From Phoronis australis (Eukaryota; Animalia; Phoronida), in the NCBI GenBank assembly GCA_002633005.1, contig NMRA01000076.1, forward strand, positions 62,001 to 126,000: 64,000 nucleotides of DNA. Reading direction: 5' to 3'. The position numbers and the translations under genes were made by a program. The notes below the pieces were generated by a model. It saw only the letters and a list, made by a program, of their open reading frames with translations. It did not search any database and was not told where the DNA came from. Positions 1-13,100 of the stretch are shown piece by piece. Numbering within the stretch: the stretch's first letter is position 1; every line of letters begins with the position of its first letter.

Positions 1-974
1 ATTTGCTGAGGTTGACATTCAAAAGTAATATGGCTGAAATTTTCATTTTTCGAAATTTCCCGAGGAAAACATTTCGACAAAAAGCCGACTTTTGCCGTTT
101 TGAACGATACAAGACATAATGCTTGATTTTGTTGTTTATTCAATTCATTATGTTCATGGAATGGTTTTAGCGGGTCAGTGCTCTTTTAAATTGATACAAT
201 AATTTTCAATGTAGTCCTGTCTGATTTTCATATAACATAAGAAAATTAGTAACTGACCTCATAGCCGAAGAAACGCTTAGGCTTTTAAAACGAAAAAAAG
301 AATCTACGGGTTTTGCATTTTTAAATGTTTCCTGTGTATACGGGGTTTTATTGTGTGCTAGTAGTTAACCCGTACTAAATACTTTCCAGTATTTTCCTAC
401 TTACAGCATGGAGTTACAAGCTACGCTATTGGAACAGAAGAAGGACTGAATCGTGTCCTGGAGAAACTCGAATTTCCGGTTATCATGAAACCGCTGTGTG
501 GTGAAGGATCCAGCGGCTGCAGGTTGTTGTATGACGATGTAGAGTGCCGGCGACATCTGGTGGATTTGAAGAGAGACATGTTGTTACACGGTGGAAAATC
601 AACTGAGAAGTTCTCTTACAAAAATGAAGTAAGTCAGTTACAGTGATTATCAAGTTGGCGTAAGCTACCTTTTGTGTGTATATTGCATCCGATATGTCAT
701 TGAGTGCTTAAAGTAGGATTGACATTATCAACCAAATTCCTGTTGAACAACAAATTGCAACCCGCTATATAACTTACACAACAGATTCGCAACTCCAGTA
801 TTTTGTTATGGAATTCTCAGAGGTGGCGCCACTTTTCTTTTAGTGAGCAGACGACTTTCTTGTCGGAAGCGAAACCGTGACTCACACCAGGCGCAGCTAG
901 TAATGGTGACGTTGTGGCCAATGGTGTTGGTCTCGGCATGTGCTTGTTGCACAGTACTCGTTGCGCTTTTATCT

Positions 975-1051
975 AGTAACATTATTAATTGAGTAACATT
1001 ATTAATTGAGTAATATTATTAATTGAGTAACATTATTAATTGAGTAACATT
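975..1051. repeat. 17-bp tandem repeat (AGTAACATTATTAATTG, about 4.5 copies)
   Basis: Directly visible; not expanded at the homologous intron position of copy B (~11900-11925). Confidence 0.85.
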
Positions 1052-1052
1052 C

Positions 1053-1343
1053 TGGATCTGTTTCATGAAAAGTGCCTTAAGCCTTAAGTCATAAATTTGG
1101 TCATAAGTTTCACACAACCATTTAGGAAAATAAATTTGATTAACATTTAAAAATGGCACTCCAACAAAACTGTAGTCTTTCAGAATATACACGCAACTCT
1201 AGTTACTCGGACAATTTCTAAAAATTATTTGTAGATTGTGATGTGCTCATGATTTTAATCGCCTGAAGTTTTGCTCAACACTTGTGAATTAGGAGCGTAA
1301 GACTAAATTAATTTCTTGTCTTAAGCCACTTTTCATGAAACAA
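1053..1343. mobile_element. Non-autonomous TIR element (PIF/Harbinger-like MITE family), copy 1
   Basis: TIR TGTTTCATGAAAAGTG..CTTAAG / CTTAAGCCACTTTTCATGAAACA; related copies at ~19032-19418, ~28496-28775, ~47079-47340 and a truncated left end at ~11928-11952. Confidence 0.7.
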
Positions 1344-2934
1344 TGTTCCTGTACTTTACGTATCTTTGAGCTACACGATGATATTATTAACTATTATTCA
1401 AATCTATGGAACATAATAAAAACCCCTGATGGCAAAAACAATCTTCCCGGACACGCAGTGACCTCTGTCGACCAATTTGCTCATTTACGTTATGTTTCCG
1501 TGGTGAGGGTGCCCAGTGCGTGTGGTTGTCGTTCAAGTTTCGCGGGAAGATTTTTTTTGCGCGTGATACATAAGAGTAATTGCAATGAGTGGTAAGTAAG
1601 TTATAGAGGCGGATGGTAGTGATTCTTTTTCGTGGTGATAGTTCTGGAGCCCTTGGGTGGGCTTTCCCCCGCCTGGATTTCATCACCTTTTACAAGTTAT
1701 GTTAAAAAATGGTAAAAGGCTTGTCAAAAGATGGCGTCGTTGACATGTGTTTTTCAATACGTTGGCAATTGAAGTCGTCAGATTCTACGCATTTCGAGGT
1801 CTGTAGATGTTTCCCAAGAGTAGGCTTGCGATTCATTTACTCTTTCGTCTCTCATAATGGACTCATTTAGTTTAACTTCTTGCAGGTCGTGGTTATGGAA
1901 TACCTCAAGGGATCAAAATACTCAGTAGATGTCGTCATCTGTCAAGGGAAACTCGTTGGTGGAGTGGTTTTACAGAAAGGCCAGCCTGAACTTCCTACAT
2001 TTTTTCCTACAACTGCCTCAATGCCCGGTGACCTTAGTTACACTAACCAGAAAATTTTGATAAAAGCTTCGTAGGATTGCTGCTTGGCCGTCGGGCTTAA
2101 AAATGGTGTCTATGACGTCGACTTAGCGTGGGCTGACGGCGGTGTCCCGAAATTGATCGAAATCAACCCGAGACCAGGTGGTCAGGGAATAAATGATATG
2201 GTAGCGTCTGTTTATAACCTCAATTTATTTTTCATTAACGCTCTCCTAAAATGCGGGATTTCCATTTCACCTGAAGACGTTAGCTTTGTCCCTAAAGGAC
2301 ACGCTGTCGCCAAGCTTTTCAATTATAGGCAACATCGACAGATTTTGATGACGACATTTCCGAAGATGATTACGTCACAGAGCGATCGTCGCGGCATTAC
2401 CTTAATTAGCCCAGGAATGAAGACGACGGAAGAATACCTCGAAGACAACGTCGTTACTTACTTTCTGCCGATTTTGGTTGTAAGTGCGTATCACAGCAAA
2501 AGTAGAGAGAAAGCGGTTGCACAACTATGCGCGTTCTTGGAAGAAACTTCCGTCTGTTCCGGGAATGAAAACGTCGTGGCTTGGAACTGAACTGATTCCA
2601 AAGTCGGCATGCATTGGTCATTTCAAGTCCTGTGGCCGACTTAAAGAAAAATATTTCTATCCTAAAAGTTCATTTTATAGTGGACAATTAGGCTTTATCG
2701 GATAATAGTGAATTATTTTGGTGAGGGGTAAATTTTACATTTTATATTTAGCGTTTGGATGTCTAAAATACAATATCTGAATAATGGTTAAAACCAATAT
2801 AATTAAATCACACCGAATATTTGGTCATGGTCTCTCATACCCTAAAGGATGCATCACAATAACGTTGACTTACAGTAAGTATTAAACAATAAAGAAAAGT
2901 AAACTCAAAGATTTACTTGCGACAACAACACACC

Positions 2935-3870
2935 CCATTACAGACCGTAAATCCTCCCGAACACATAATTTATTCAGCTTAAGGTGGCACACTACAGTTA
3001 TTATAGAATTTTGGCTCCCGACACGCATCCAAGTGGAGACGAGTCCTTATCTCACGTCCTTATCGACAGTCTGAAAAAACGAAAGATTTTCTGGCGTTCC
3101 CAACTCAAAAGCACTACTTATGATAACTGAAACTTAATTATGTTACAGATTTTTAACTGCTAATTCACATCGGGAAAACTAGCGGCACACAAAAACGCCA
3201 AATTTGTCAGTTATCTCCCCAAATTTACCACTTTCCTGCAAGTGCTAGAAAAAATCAGCTACCTTTTGGCAATTTTGATCTGTTTGACAGCCGCCGAAAA
3301 TCGCACCCGGTTTCTCAGTCAGCAGGCGACAAAGGTTGAGGCAAAAGACAGCCACCATTTTGCATCGAAAGTAGTAGGTCACGGCTAGAAAACTTGGCTT
3401 TTCTCGTTTAAAAACACAAGTAAATCAGTTTCCTGGCATACGTTTTCCACAAATTCCTCAAAACACCCACAAAACCTGACACACGCCCTGTATCTAAATT
3501 TTAGACACTACAAAATGCCCTGTGCTTACAGCCAAACTGTTCAGTTCTACCTTATCCTTCGGGCTGCTACAGTCGCACAGATAATCCCGACAGAGGGCAC
3601 TATCACATGTTACATGGCTTGGTGCTGTTCGGTACAAGAGAACATAAATTATTTTAAGTAAATTGTGGGTTGCTCCTAAAACCAGAAAAATTGTAGACGT
3701 TTGCAGGACACGATTGTTTAAGCAGCCGTTGTTTAACTGAGTCCGTACATTTTTGGTGGTCCGTTTCAGACAACCAACCAACAAACCGTATGGGAGTGTG
3801 CATGTCTGTTGTGTTCGTTGAACGTTGTAAAACACCGAAAAAGTCAGAGCAATCCAACGCACATCTATTC
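2935..3870 (-). pseudogene. Decayed copy of the Tctex-1 domain dynein light chain gene
   Basis: 3581-3621 ATAATCCCGACAGAGGGCACTATCACATGTTACATGGCTTG matches 17871-17912 with a 1-nt deletion. DYLCDCSSPKDK aligns with DYVYESSTAKDK. A C-terminal remnant lies at ~2935-2980, and 2715-2935 is homologous to 17385-17615. It is interrupted by unrelated sequence at ~2981-3480. Confidence 0.7.
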
Positions 3871-5872
3871 CATAAGGGGGGTATATATTAAACAAAAGTC
3901 ACATGGCACATGCAGGTGTAGTTATGTGGCTAAGTCAAGTAATTGAGCTAAATCAACTTCTCTGCTAAGCAGCCACATGATTTCAACTGGATCCAAAATT
4001 AAGCTAGATCAAGAAGTAACTGCATAAAACTTGTTGACAAATATGAATGAACACGATATACAAGTACATTTGCTAGACAAATTCTGTCCTGACTGACCGC
4101 CGGCAGACACGGGCAAACTTTGGATTTGAGTTAAACCAACCCACCAGGCAACCAGTTGACGGAAACCAACTGCATAATGTTCAGCATCACTCCTCATGAC
4201 ATACAAGCCAGACAATAGCGGTGCGGTGACTCTTACAGACAAAAATGACGACCGAGACCCAAAACTGAGTAAGATGAAACCCAGAAGGTAACCACGTGAC
4301 ATCAGTTTCCAAATTTTCAACATAACCTCATCTGCCATGCATGAGCTATGCCAGACAAATCCTGTGGTGGTTTAGCCACGCCAAACACGCCCAATCCTAC
4401 GAGTTGAGTTATATTAACTCACCAGAAAAGCCGTTGAATCCAGTTGCAATATGTTTAAGATCACTTCATATAGCACGACTGTTTCATGCCAGCTACTTAG
4501 AAGGTGGAATACCCCAGTCAGACGAAATGATAGATTAAAAAACATTTGAGAAATCCCATTGGCGATGAATAAACTTTGCTCGAAACTTTGGGTGGTGAGT
4601 CTAATAATGGGAAAGGAGTCAATCAATTCCATTCCAAATTTTGTCACAGCGACTATAAGTGTTAAAATGAATGTACATCCTTTGCTGGATGTCTTTGCAA
4701 GGCCTGGTCCTACTTCCACTGTTTTTCGCATGTATTGCAAAAAACAAGTACGCAACCTAAGCCAAGTTTACCAACTCAGTTACACTACTGATATCTTCCA
4801 TGTAATCGAACATGATTATTTGTCTCCAGTATAAGATGCCACAGTTGTTTTTTAACTTCTTTGCATAACACCTGACGTACAATGTAAAGCAAACACTTCA
4901 TGTGTCATGGGGTCGGTTTCCAACGGTCTACGTAGAGTGAGCAACAGAGACTTCTAGCTCCTCCGGGTCATTTTCCAGTCAAGGCGGTACTCATTTTAAA
5001 CCACGAAGTGGACTGGAACAGCGCAGAGTTTTTGTTTTGCCCAAGGGCACAATCATAATTTCGAGTGATAGTTGCGAGTGGATTAGCCTAAACAAAAAAT
5101 AGGAATCGGGTTTTGAATGAGTTCTGTTTTAACATATGAGATTAAATAATTATTTTCTAGGTGCTATCATTGCATTACTAGTCATTTCCGGGTGTTTAAC
5201 GAATATGGCCTACTTTGTGTGTGGACACACGATTACACCAACATCAACGCTGCCATGCGCATCAGTCGAAAAATAGCGAACATAGTTAAAAAAATCCCCA
5301 ACAATATCTAAGGACTTGATTTGCCTTTACTGAAGAAATCAGAGAATGAAGTAAAATTGGTTACTGTTAATGCTAGTACTATAGGAATACTTTTGAAGGC
5401 AAAAATTACAAAGGATTATTTAGACAACGTTTGCATCATTGCACAAATTCATTTAATTCTCAGCTTGATCGTTTCTTATTTTCACAACCAGAAAAGCATT
5501 GATACGTTGACAGTTTCAGCTTCTCTCAGCAGCCATCGTCCGAAATTATTGGACATTAGGAAGCGTGGTGATGAGGCTGTTCCAGATTTTAGACAACATA
5601 TACCCTCCACCAACTGAGCCATAAGTGAGTCACTATCTTGACCCTGATAGACTCTTTTATCCGTCAAAATCTTAAAATATTTTATTATTTAGTGATATTC
5701 ATTTAATCCTCGTCATTGCTGCAATTACCAGTTTGACCACAATACTTATTCACACCAGCCTTTAATAAATATCGATGTGTAGTCACATTTAGTGAATACG
5801 TGGCATCCGGGTATGGGTGTGATGTCATTTGCGATTTTCAAGAACGTTTGCAGTGTTGAACATCCTGCCTCC

Positions 5873-6013
5873 CGTTCAGTAAGGCTAGGACCTCGCTAAA
5901 AAGCAAGACTTCGTGAGATTACGTGAGATATTGCCGTGCACTTTAAATGAGATCACGTGACTTTGACTAGGTTTTAGCTAGGTCCTAGCGTAGGTCCTAG
6001 CGTCTACTGAACG
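5873..6013. mobile_element. Small MITE-like inverted-repeat element
   Basis: Imperfect TIRs CGTTCAGTAAGGCTAGGACCT ... AGGTCCTAGCGTCTACTGAACG. Confidence 0.55.
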
Positions 6014-6840
6014 CACGCCATGTTCCTGATGAGTCTCCTGCTCTTTCCCATCTCGTACAGTAAACGGTAGCTGTTGTTCGTAGAATGTTTATCGCCGTCG
6101 TTGTCCAAGTATAACAATCAAGATCACCAAGACGCGTCCGTTTCTGATGGCCTTGTCATCACGTGATTGACACACTAGCGGCGTCGTGTGCAATCACTGC
6201 ACCTGATTATTGGCAGACACCAGACCATGGAGATGGTCAGGTTATTGTCGGCGACGAACTGGTAGCATTCAATGCGGGAAAATCAAGGTTTTTCCTCCAG
6301 GGATATGGCAGCAATGACTTTTACTCCATTCTGGTAAAAAGATATTCCCTAGCTCATCCAAAAACATTGCATTGAAAAGTATTTTTGATTCCTGTCTCGT
6401 AGTTTGATCATGATTGGTTATGATATTTATATGGAGTTATTTATGCCACGTTGCTTTAATTCACTGATTGATGTCCAGACACACACATACTTGTGCCCTC
6501 TCCGAACGTGTACATCCGTGACAGTATTGATAGTCCAAACTAATTCACATGTAACGCACATTATGTTTGAGTGACGACTGAAAGCAGGAATTGTTCGGTG
6601 TCATTCCGGCACTGACGCAGGTCCGTAGAGATCGGTGTCCCACAACTCATTGTACATATCAAGTATCATTGTGTCCATAAAAGGAACTTATCAACGACAT
6701 CTATGCCCGAATAGGCCTACATTCAGTGTTACATGACACGAATACTACTTTTGACAAATCACTGTATGGGTGAGTGACTTCGTTAATATATACCTTAACG
6801 AACTTACAACAATTGCTACTACTCACGTCTAAGAGAAGCA

Positions 6841-7155
6841 ATGTCTCCGCAACTGGTAAGACCGCATCTATTGAAAGGTAAAAGGATTTTATATATAGGA
6901 CACAAGCTATTCCTCACCAAATTGGAAGATGTTGAAACTTCTTGGTGGTCGTATTTGAAAGCTTGTGGAGCGGAGGCGATTTACGTGGTGTTGGAATCGG
7001 GCAAAGAAAACGCATTGTGGGCTAACCGTTTGTTGGAGTCTGGTTTGATAGACGACTTTAATGTTGAGGGTTTAGTTCAAGAAGACGGTGACGAACGATC
7101 AAAAAAGGAAACTGTTGACGTTCTGATAGGATGGCTAAACGCAAAGAAAATTCAG
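6841..7155 (+). CDS. ATP-grasp ligase B exon 1
   Basis: MSPQLVRPHLLKGKRILYIG...AKKIQ|gtgagc; Rossmann-like N-terminal domain. Confidence 0.75.
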
Positions 7156-10100
7156 GTGAGCAAACTAGGTAGCATGCTGGTCGCATAGGGATCGGTACAT
7201 TGGTGCATAGACTGTCCACGTGTTATAATAAAGATAATGAAAAGCATTTATTGGTAACCGGGTGATGTGCGCCCAGGGTACGATATTCATGTGACCTTGC
7301 CATGCCGTTTTGTACGTGTATGCGCCCAGCACGATATCAAGAAATAACGCAAATTCTCAGTTCCCTGCAAACCCAGAAATCACTTTTTTTCTGATAAACG
7401 ACCAATTTTATTGCGGTAGGTGTAAGTGCTCTAGTTCGCTCCTTCGATGGAACGTGGGTTTAAAGCTAATTTAACTTCGCAAATTGGTCCTCTCGTAAAT
7501 GTCAATGGCACGCCGGCCTTATAATTTGGGTACAAGAAAGGTAAAAATGTGATATTTTCGGGGCTTACTTTAAAAAATTCACTACAGGACAAATACTGCT
7601 GAAAAAACAGACAGCTATAATTTCAACAAAATCCGGGGGCGCTTCCTGGCTCCCATTATGAAAATTCCTGAGGGTGGACAAGGGGGCCATACCTCCACTA
7701 AAATTCTCCCAGATTACATTTGGCAGTTTAGGGGTGCGAATGTCTGACGAGCAAATCCTGGCTAATACTCTTCCCTGCCTCCGCCCTTAACTGGGATCTG
7801 CAGACCGTGGCATCTTAGATGTACACCTACCGCGTGCCACAATTGTTTATCGTAGACTTTGACAGTATATCACGGTGTAGACCAACACCAGGAATAGCCC
7901 GTCAGTTTTAACACTTCATTGCAAAAAATCAAAAATTAATTCGAACTATTCTCCATTAATTCGAACTACTCTCCATTGTTTTGAGGTACATGTACAGTAC
8001 TTACCCAGTGTATCGGAGTCGAAATTTGAATTTCAAAGGTAATTAGTCACAAATTTTCAAACAAAACTTTCGTGCTAGGCCTTAAAAAGGGCTTGCGCAG
8101 CAGCGTTTTTGTTTGTTGTGTTTTAAGCGAGGTCGGGTCCCTTGCTTCCCTTAAAGGAGAACGCCACCCGATTTAATCTTTTTACCGTCTCAATCGGTCT
8201 ATATCCAAATTGCCTCGCATACGGTTGACCTTACCCTGCCGAGAGGTTAACCTGTGAGGAAGGTGAGAAACGACGCAGAGCAGTTCATTTGCAGAGTGAA
8301 TGCCGCTATGTTGTGGTGCATCGTAATTTGTAATGCCTTTGGAGTATTCGTGAGTGTAAATGTTTTGAGAAGCCAGCAATGAATAAACCACTGCGTTACC
8401 TGCTTCAGATTCAATTAGATAATTGACCGGGCACCGAGGCCGCAAGCGCATGCAAATTCAGTGTTTGCTGACATAAAGCTGTTGTGAAACAACAACTCGA
8501 CTTTACATGCTATGGTCACATTTTCAGGGAATCTTTATTTAGATATACAAATACATTATTCACATCACTGTTACTGTACAACTCTTGCTCTAAGGGTTCT
8601 GTAATAGGGCAACTAATTCGCGGCCCCCGACAAGTATATAAGTATAGATTTGCAGTTTCTTGGCTAATTCACCGAAATAATTACGTGCACATTATTTCTT
8701 TGGCTCACTAGTATAGTATTTTCGTGACTGGAGGTTTAGTTTTCAACTTAAGCTCGTTTAAATATGTTCGTGATGTCCAGTCCCGGCGACCGCGACGGGC
8801 CCGATCGGGTTCCGAGGCACTGGCTAGGATAACAAGCGTTTTGTGTGTTTAGAACTGAAAATATCGCAAGTCTAAAAGTACAACACACAGCTACCTTTCG
8901 TGTCTGTATTTCACGGAAGAATGCTTCGAATTTATCACCAAATAGACTCAAACTCCCGCGATCGACCATGATAAATTGGCCTACTGAACCTAGGAGTACA
9001 CTCCTTGACCGAACTCTGTAGGCTACCGTACGTTCAGATACCTATAAATCCGTAACAGTGAAATAAAACAACACGTTTGTTCAAGAACTCGATTTATTTG
9101 TAAGGGTTTTACATCGAAATTTTATGATTTATTGGTGTAAAAAGGTGCATTCAAGCGATAAGTTGACCCCAGTAAGCGTGCGGCTGAACAGATTGCGTTC
9201 GGCGAACCGATTACGTCATTGGTTAATTTCAACATCTCCGTCTGCCGTCAGGTGTCAGGTAAAACAATTGAGCTTGCTGTTATCGAGTGGAACTACTCGA
9301 TCTAAATTGATACAAAATAGGTTGTTTTTGGGTGGCATTCTCCTTTAAAGCCACTAACGAATTTTGGGACGGTGGCGCGATTTTATTGTTACAGGCAAAA
9401 AGTTCTCAGTACACGTAAGCCTGACGCCGCGGTGCACGCAAGTGTCGAAGCTGCTGTATATTCTGCCGCTATTCGCCCTCTTCTTTGAAGTTGCGAACTA
9501 TTACATGTTATATCGAAATAGGTAAAACTTTTTGGTCGCTAAGATGTCACCAGGGATTGGGTGGTTGAACCAAATAACTAACTATGTGACGGTCAAAACC
9601 TTTCCCGCAGTGCTAACGCAGTCGGAGTAAATTTACACTGCTCGATAACCGCCTTTCACATTTGGTTTGAAATTCTTGTTGTCGTACATGTTCATCTCAA
9701 GTGCGAAAGGTAGTAACGTAAAACCAAAGTTATTTACGAAAAACTTCTAATAGGGAATGTTTTTCCATGTAATCCACATTAGATTTTTAATTAATAAATG
9801 GCTGGAGCACACCCTAAATGAATCTCATGAAATTTTAACATGCACGTACAATGTTTATTCTAACTTAGCAAATATTCTATACACCTTGCAAAATAACACC
9901 TGTATAGAGGCTGCCGCCCTAATTCTCCTTACTCCTCGGAGGTTCAGTGATATCACCACATCACGAATTCGCGGTTAAAAGTTGATGCACCCAAAAATGT
10001 GACTAAATTTCACATACTTGTAGCTCAGGTAATAGCTTGATGTGGTTTACCTGCACACAGCGAGCAAAAGGCCGTACACTGGCTTGTTCATTATCTTCGT

Positions 10101-13100
10101 AGTAAACAGCGAAAATGTAGGCCTAGTACTCAGGATTACACTGGGCCAGCGATGGCGATTTGCTGTCAGGTGATGCAATGAATCAGCTTTTTATCTTTAA
10201 TCAGGTGGATGTTTGTCTGAGCGCAATTGACTATCTGGTACTGATCCAGGCCTCTTTGTCAGAAAAACTCAACCTTCCGTCTGATAGCGTACAAAGTGTA
10301 GAGACGGTGTTCAAGAAGGATGAAGCCCAGAAGGTTGTGTTGAATTCTTTTAACGCCTCCCAGGTATTTATGCATGCTAGAATACATTATCATAAAAACG
10401 TTCAGCTATCTGTTTTGAAGTCGATTAAACTCATGGATACTGTACATGTAGGCCAGTCCGCCACATTCTTAAAATACTTAAATGATATCAAGGGGTTGGT
10501 TACATCACTTGAAAATGTATACCAAATTAAGTAATCATTATAATGTTATCCTCTTTTCTGTAATCAAACTGCAAGCTTTTCTAACAAAATTTTGTACCTA
10601 GACCGGAATCAGAAAATCATCAATCGTCCTAGTCTCTATTTGCCCCAGTCTTCACCAAATTTACATGATTTTACGAAATTTGGTAACTAGGTTTCAATTA
10701 ATTAAAAAGACGACGCTGTTTTCAAATGGATTCGACTCATTCCGCGTCACCTAGTGTCCGTTTTTGCTCTTTTTGAATCTTGTGGGGGTGTTTTCGAGTC
10801 TTTTGGGGGCATTTTCGAGTCTTTTTTCGCGTCTGCCTCTCACAGTAAGGGGATTCTGAAAATTGGCATACAGTGTATGCGTTCCTACTGGGAAGAGGAT
10901 TAACGATGATTTGCTGAAGGGTTCGATGACTGTGTTGCTCCCTGGTGGTAGATATTTTTCGTCTTAATTCTGAACCCCTGGTAGGAACTTTCCTAAATTT
11001 AGCAAGTGCATTTCTATGAAAGTGACAACGGATGGCGACGGGTTGTGGACGCACCCGACGGCATAGGACTGCACGTTGCACCCAAGTGTCATTTCTATTT
11101 TTTACGTTTACTTCTGTGTTTTCGCTGTTCTTTCATGGGTGTTCATGAAGTTTGGCAAATAAGAAACTATCACGTACTCAACTGCACCGAGCCGACCTGG
11201 TTTCAGATGGATTTGACCCACGTTGCGCGACCTAGCCGAAGCCAAAATCAGCGCTTCCGCCAAAATATCACACAGCATTGTTCTTTATTTTCGAGTCGTG
11301 TTCACCGAATGCTTTTCAACCCACACCTAATACTTTCCAGTATTTTCCTGCTTATAGCATGGAGTTAAAAGCTACGCTATAGGAACACCAGAAGAGCTCA
11401 ATGATGTCCTAGTAAAACTCGAATTCCCGGTCATTATGAAACCGCTTTGTGGCAAGGCATCTGTGGGCTGCAGGTTGCTATATGATGATGTAGAGTGCCG
11501 GCGACATCTGTTGGACTTGAAGAGCGACATGTTGCTACCCGGTGGAAAATCAACTGAGAAGTTATCTTACCAAAATAAAGTAAGTAATAAATTACAATTA
11601 GCAAGAGTGTATATATGCTTACTTTTGTGTGCGTGTACAGTGCATACGATATGTCAGTTCCTAAGATAGAGCAGAGTTAACATCGTCAACAAATTATTTG
11701 CATTATCATTTCAACAAATTGCGCTCCACCAGACTCGCAATTCTGCTAATTTTTTTTAACTCTCATAGGAGGCGCCACTTTCATTTTAGAGAGCAGACGA
11801 CTTACTTGTCGTAACTGGCACCAGACGACGCTAGTGAATAGTGACGTCGCGGCCAATAGTTTTGGTGGCGGCTCGCGCGCTGTGCTTTTTGCGCTGTATC
11901 TAGTAGCATTAGCAATCAAGTAACATCCGGGGTCTGTTTCATGAAAAGTGACAATTCAGCCCGATTTAATTAGTCTTTTTTACCGTTTTAATCGGTCTAT
12001 ATCCGCATCACCTCGTATACGGTCGATCTTAGCTCACCGAGAGGTGTCGCGTTTACCTGTCAGGAACGTGAGAAACGACGCAGCGACGTCAGGTTTCTTC
12101 GGCAGTGTGAGTGCCGCTATGGTTTTCTGTATCGTTCCTGCTTGTGCGAACTATGAAGCTGCAAGGAAAGCGGCTATATCGTTTTTCGATTTCCTGGAGA
12201 GCCCATAATGCTTCGGAAGTGTCTCGCGGTAGTGAAGAATGAAAAGTACGCCGTTACTACCAAGCATGGGGCCATGAAACTTCTCCGTGTCTGTCAGTGG
12301 CCTGCACTTTGTCGGGTCGGTTGTTGATCAGTTTTTGATTATGGAGAATTGTAGTTTGCCATGAACACATGAACAATTACAATTAATTCAAGGCGTGACG
12401 TTTTATATTACCTGTTTGGTGACTGACTCGTTCGTTAGGCTTCTGTTTGGTCGGGGTGTAGGATGTTTTCGCCACTTCTTTTTCTCAGCCCTAAAAACGT
12501 CATAAGCACACCTTTTTTAGATGCGGTGCAAAATCAGGTTGGTCCGTGAACACATCCTGCGCTTCTCCAAGAATTCGTTTCATTTGTGGAATTTCGTGGC
12601 AGCAAACCCAAGCGTCAGTCGGTCCATTATAGTGCAGTTAGCCTGAGCTCTGTGACACCATGACAAGATCAAACGGTTTTCGGAACTATCCATATGTTCC
12701 GTTGTCTGTGCACGTTCAGGAGCCTCTGTATTATTTCTTGATCAGTGTATTACGGTTCGAACTGATAGCCTGTGAAACCTAACAGTCGCACTGTGAAGTT
12801 TTCGTCGGATGAACACTCGTCTAAGTCGGGATTGCCAGTGGCCACGTTGACGTTTATATTGGTAGATCTGTTTCAAAATGAATTATTCTTACCCTAACTC
12901 ATGCTTATATCAAACTGAAACAAAGTCTACATCTCTCGATACAATTTGTAATACCTTGGAGTTTTCGTGTATGCAAATGTTTTGAGAACCCAGCAATGAA
13001 TAAACCAATGCGTTACCGGCTTTATATGCAATAAACCGGTTAATTGACCGGGCAACGAGGCCGTGTGAGCTCAAACTAATTCAGCGTTTGCTCACAGAAA

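Larger units (their letters stand above)
407..2590 (+). pseudogene. ATP-grasp ligase (carnosine synthase-like) copy A: last two exons, with a premature in-frame TAG at 2072-2074; 5' exons lie upstream of the window
   Basis: Exon 407-628 (ttacag|...|gtaagt) reads HGVTSYAIG...LEFPVIMKPLCGEGSSGCRL. Exon 1886-2590 reads VVVMEYLKGSKYSVD...LIEINPRPGG. It is collinear with copy B, and the TAG aligns with TAT (Tyr) of copy B. Confidence 0.75.

Noticed and set aside
975-1051. CRISPR-like array
   Set aside because: Head-to-tail 17-mers with no spacers, in a eukaryotic intron.
2072-2074. TAG-to-Tyr codon reassignment
   Set aside because: TAG terminates the intact Tctex gene, and no other exon has an in-frame TAG.
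6163-6375. 70 aa ORF upstream of ligase B
   Set aside because: Non-ATG start, no recognisable motif and no convincing splice linkage.
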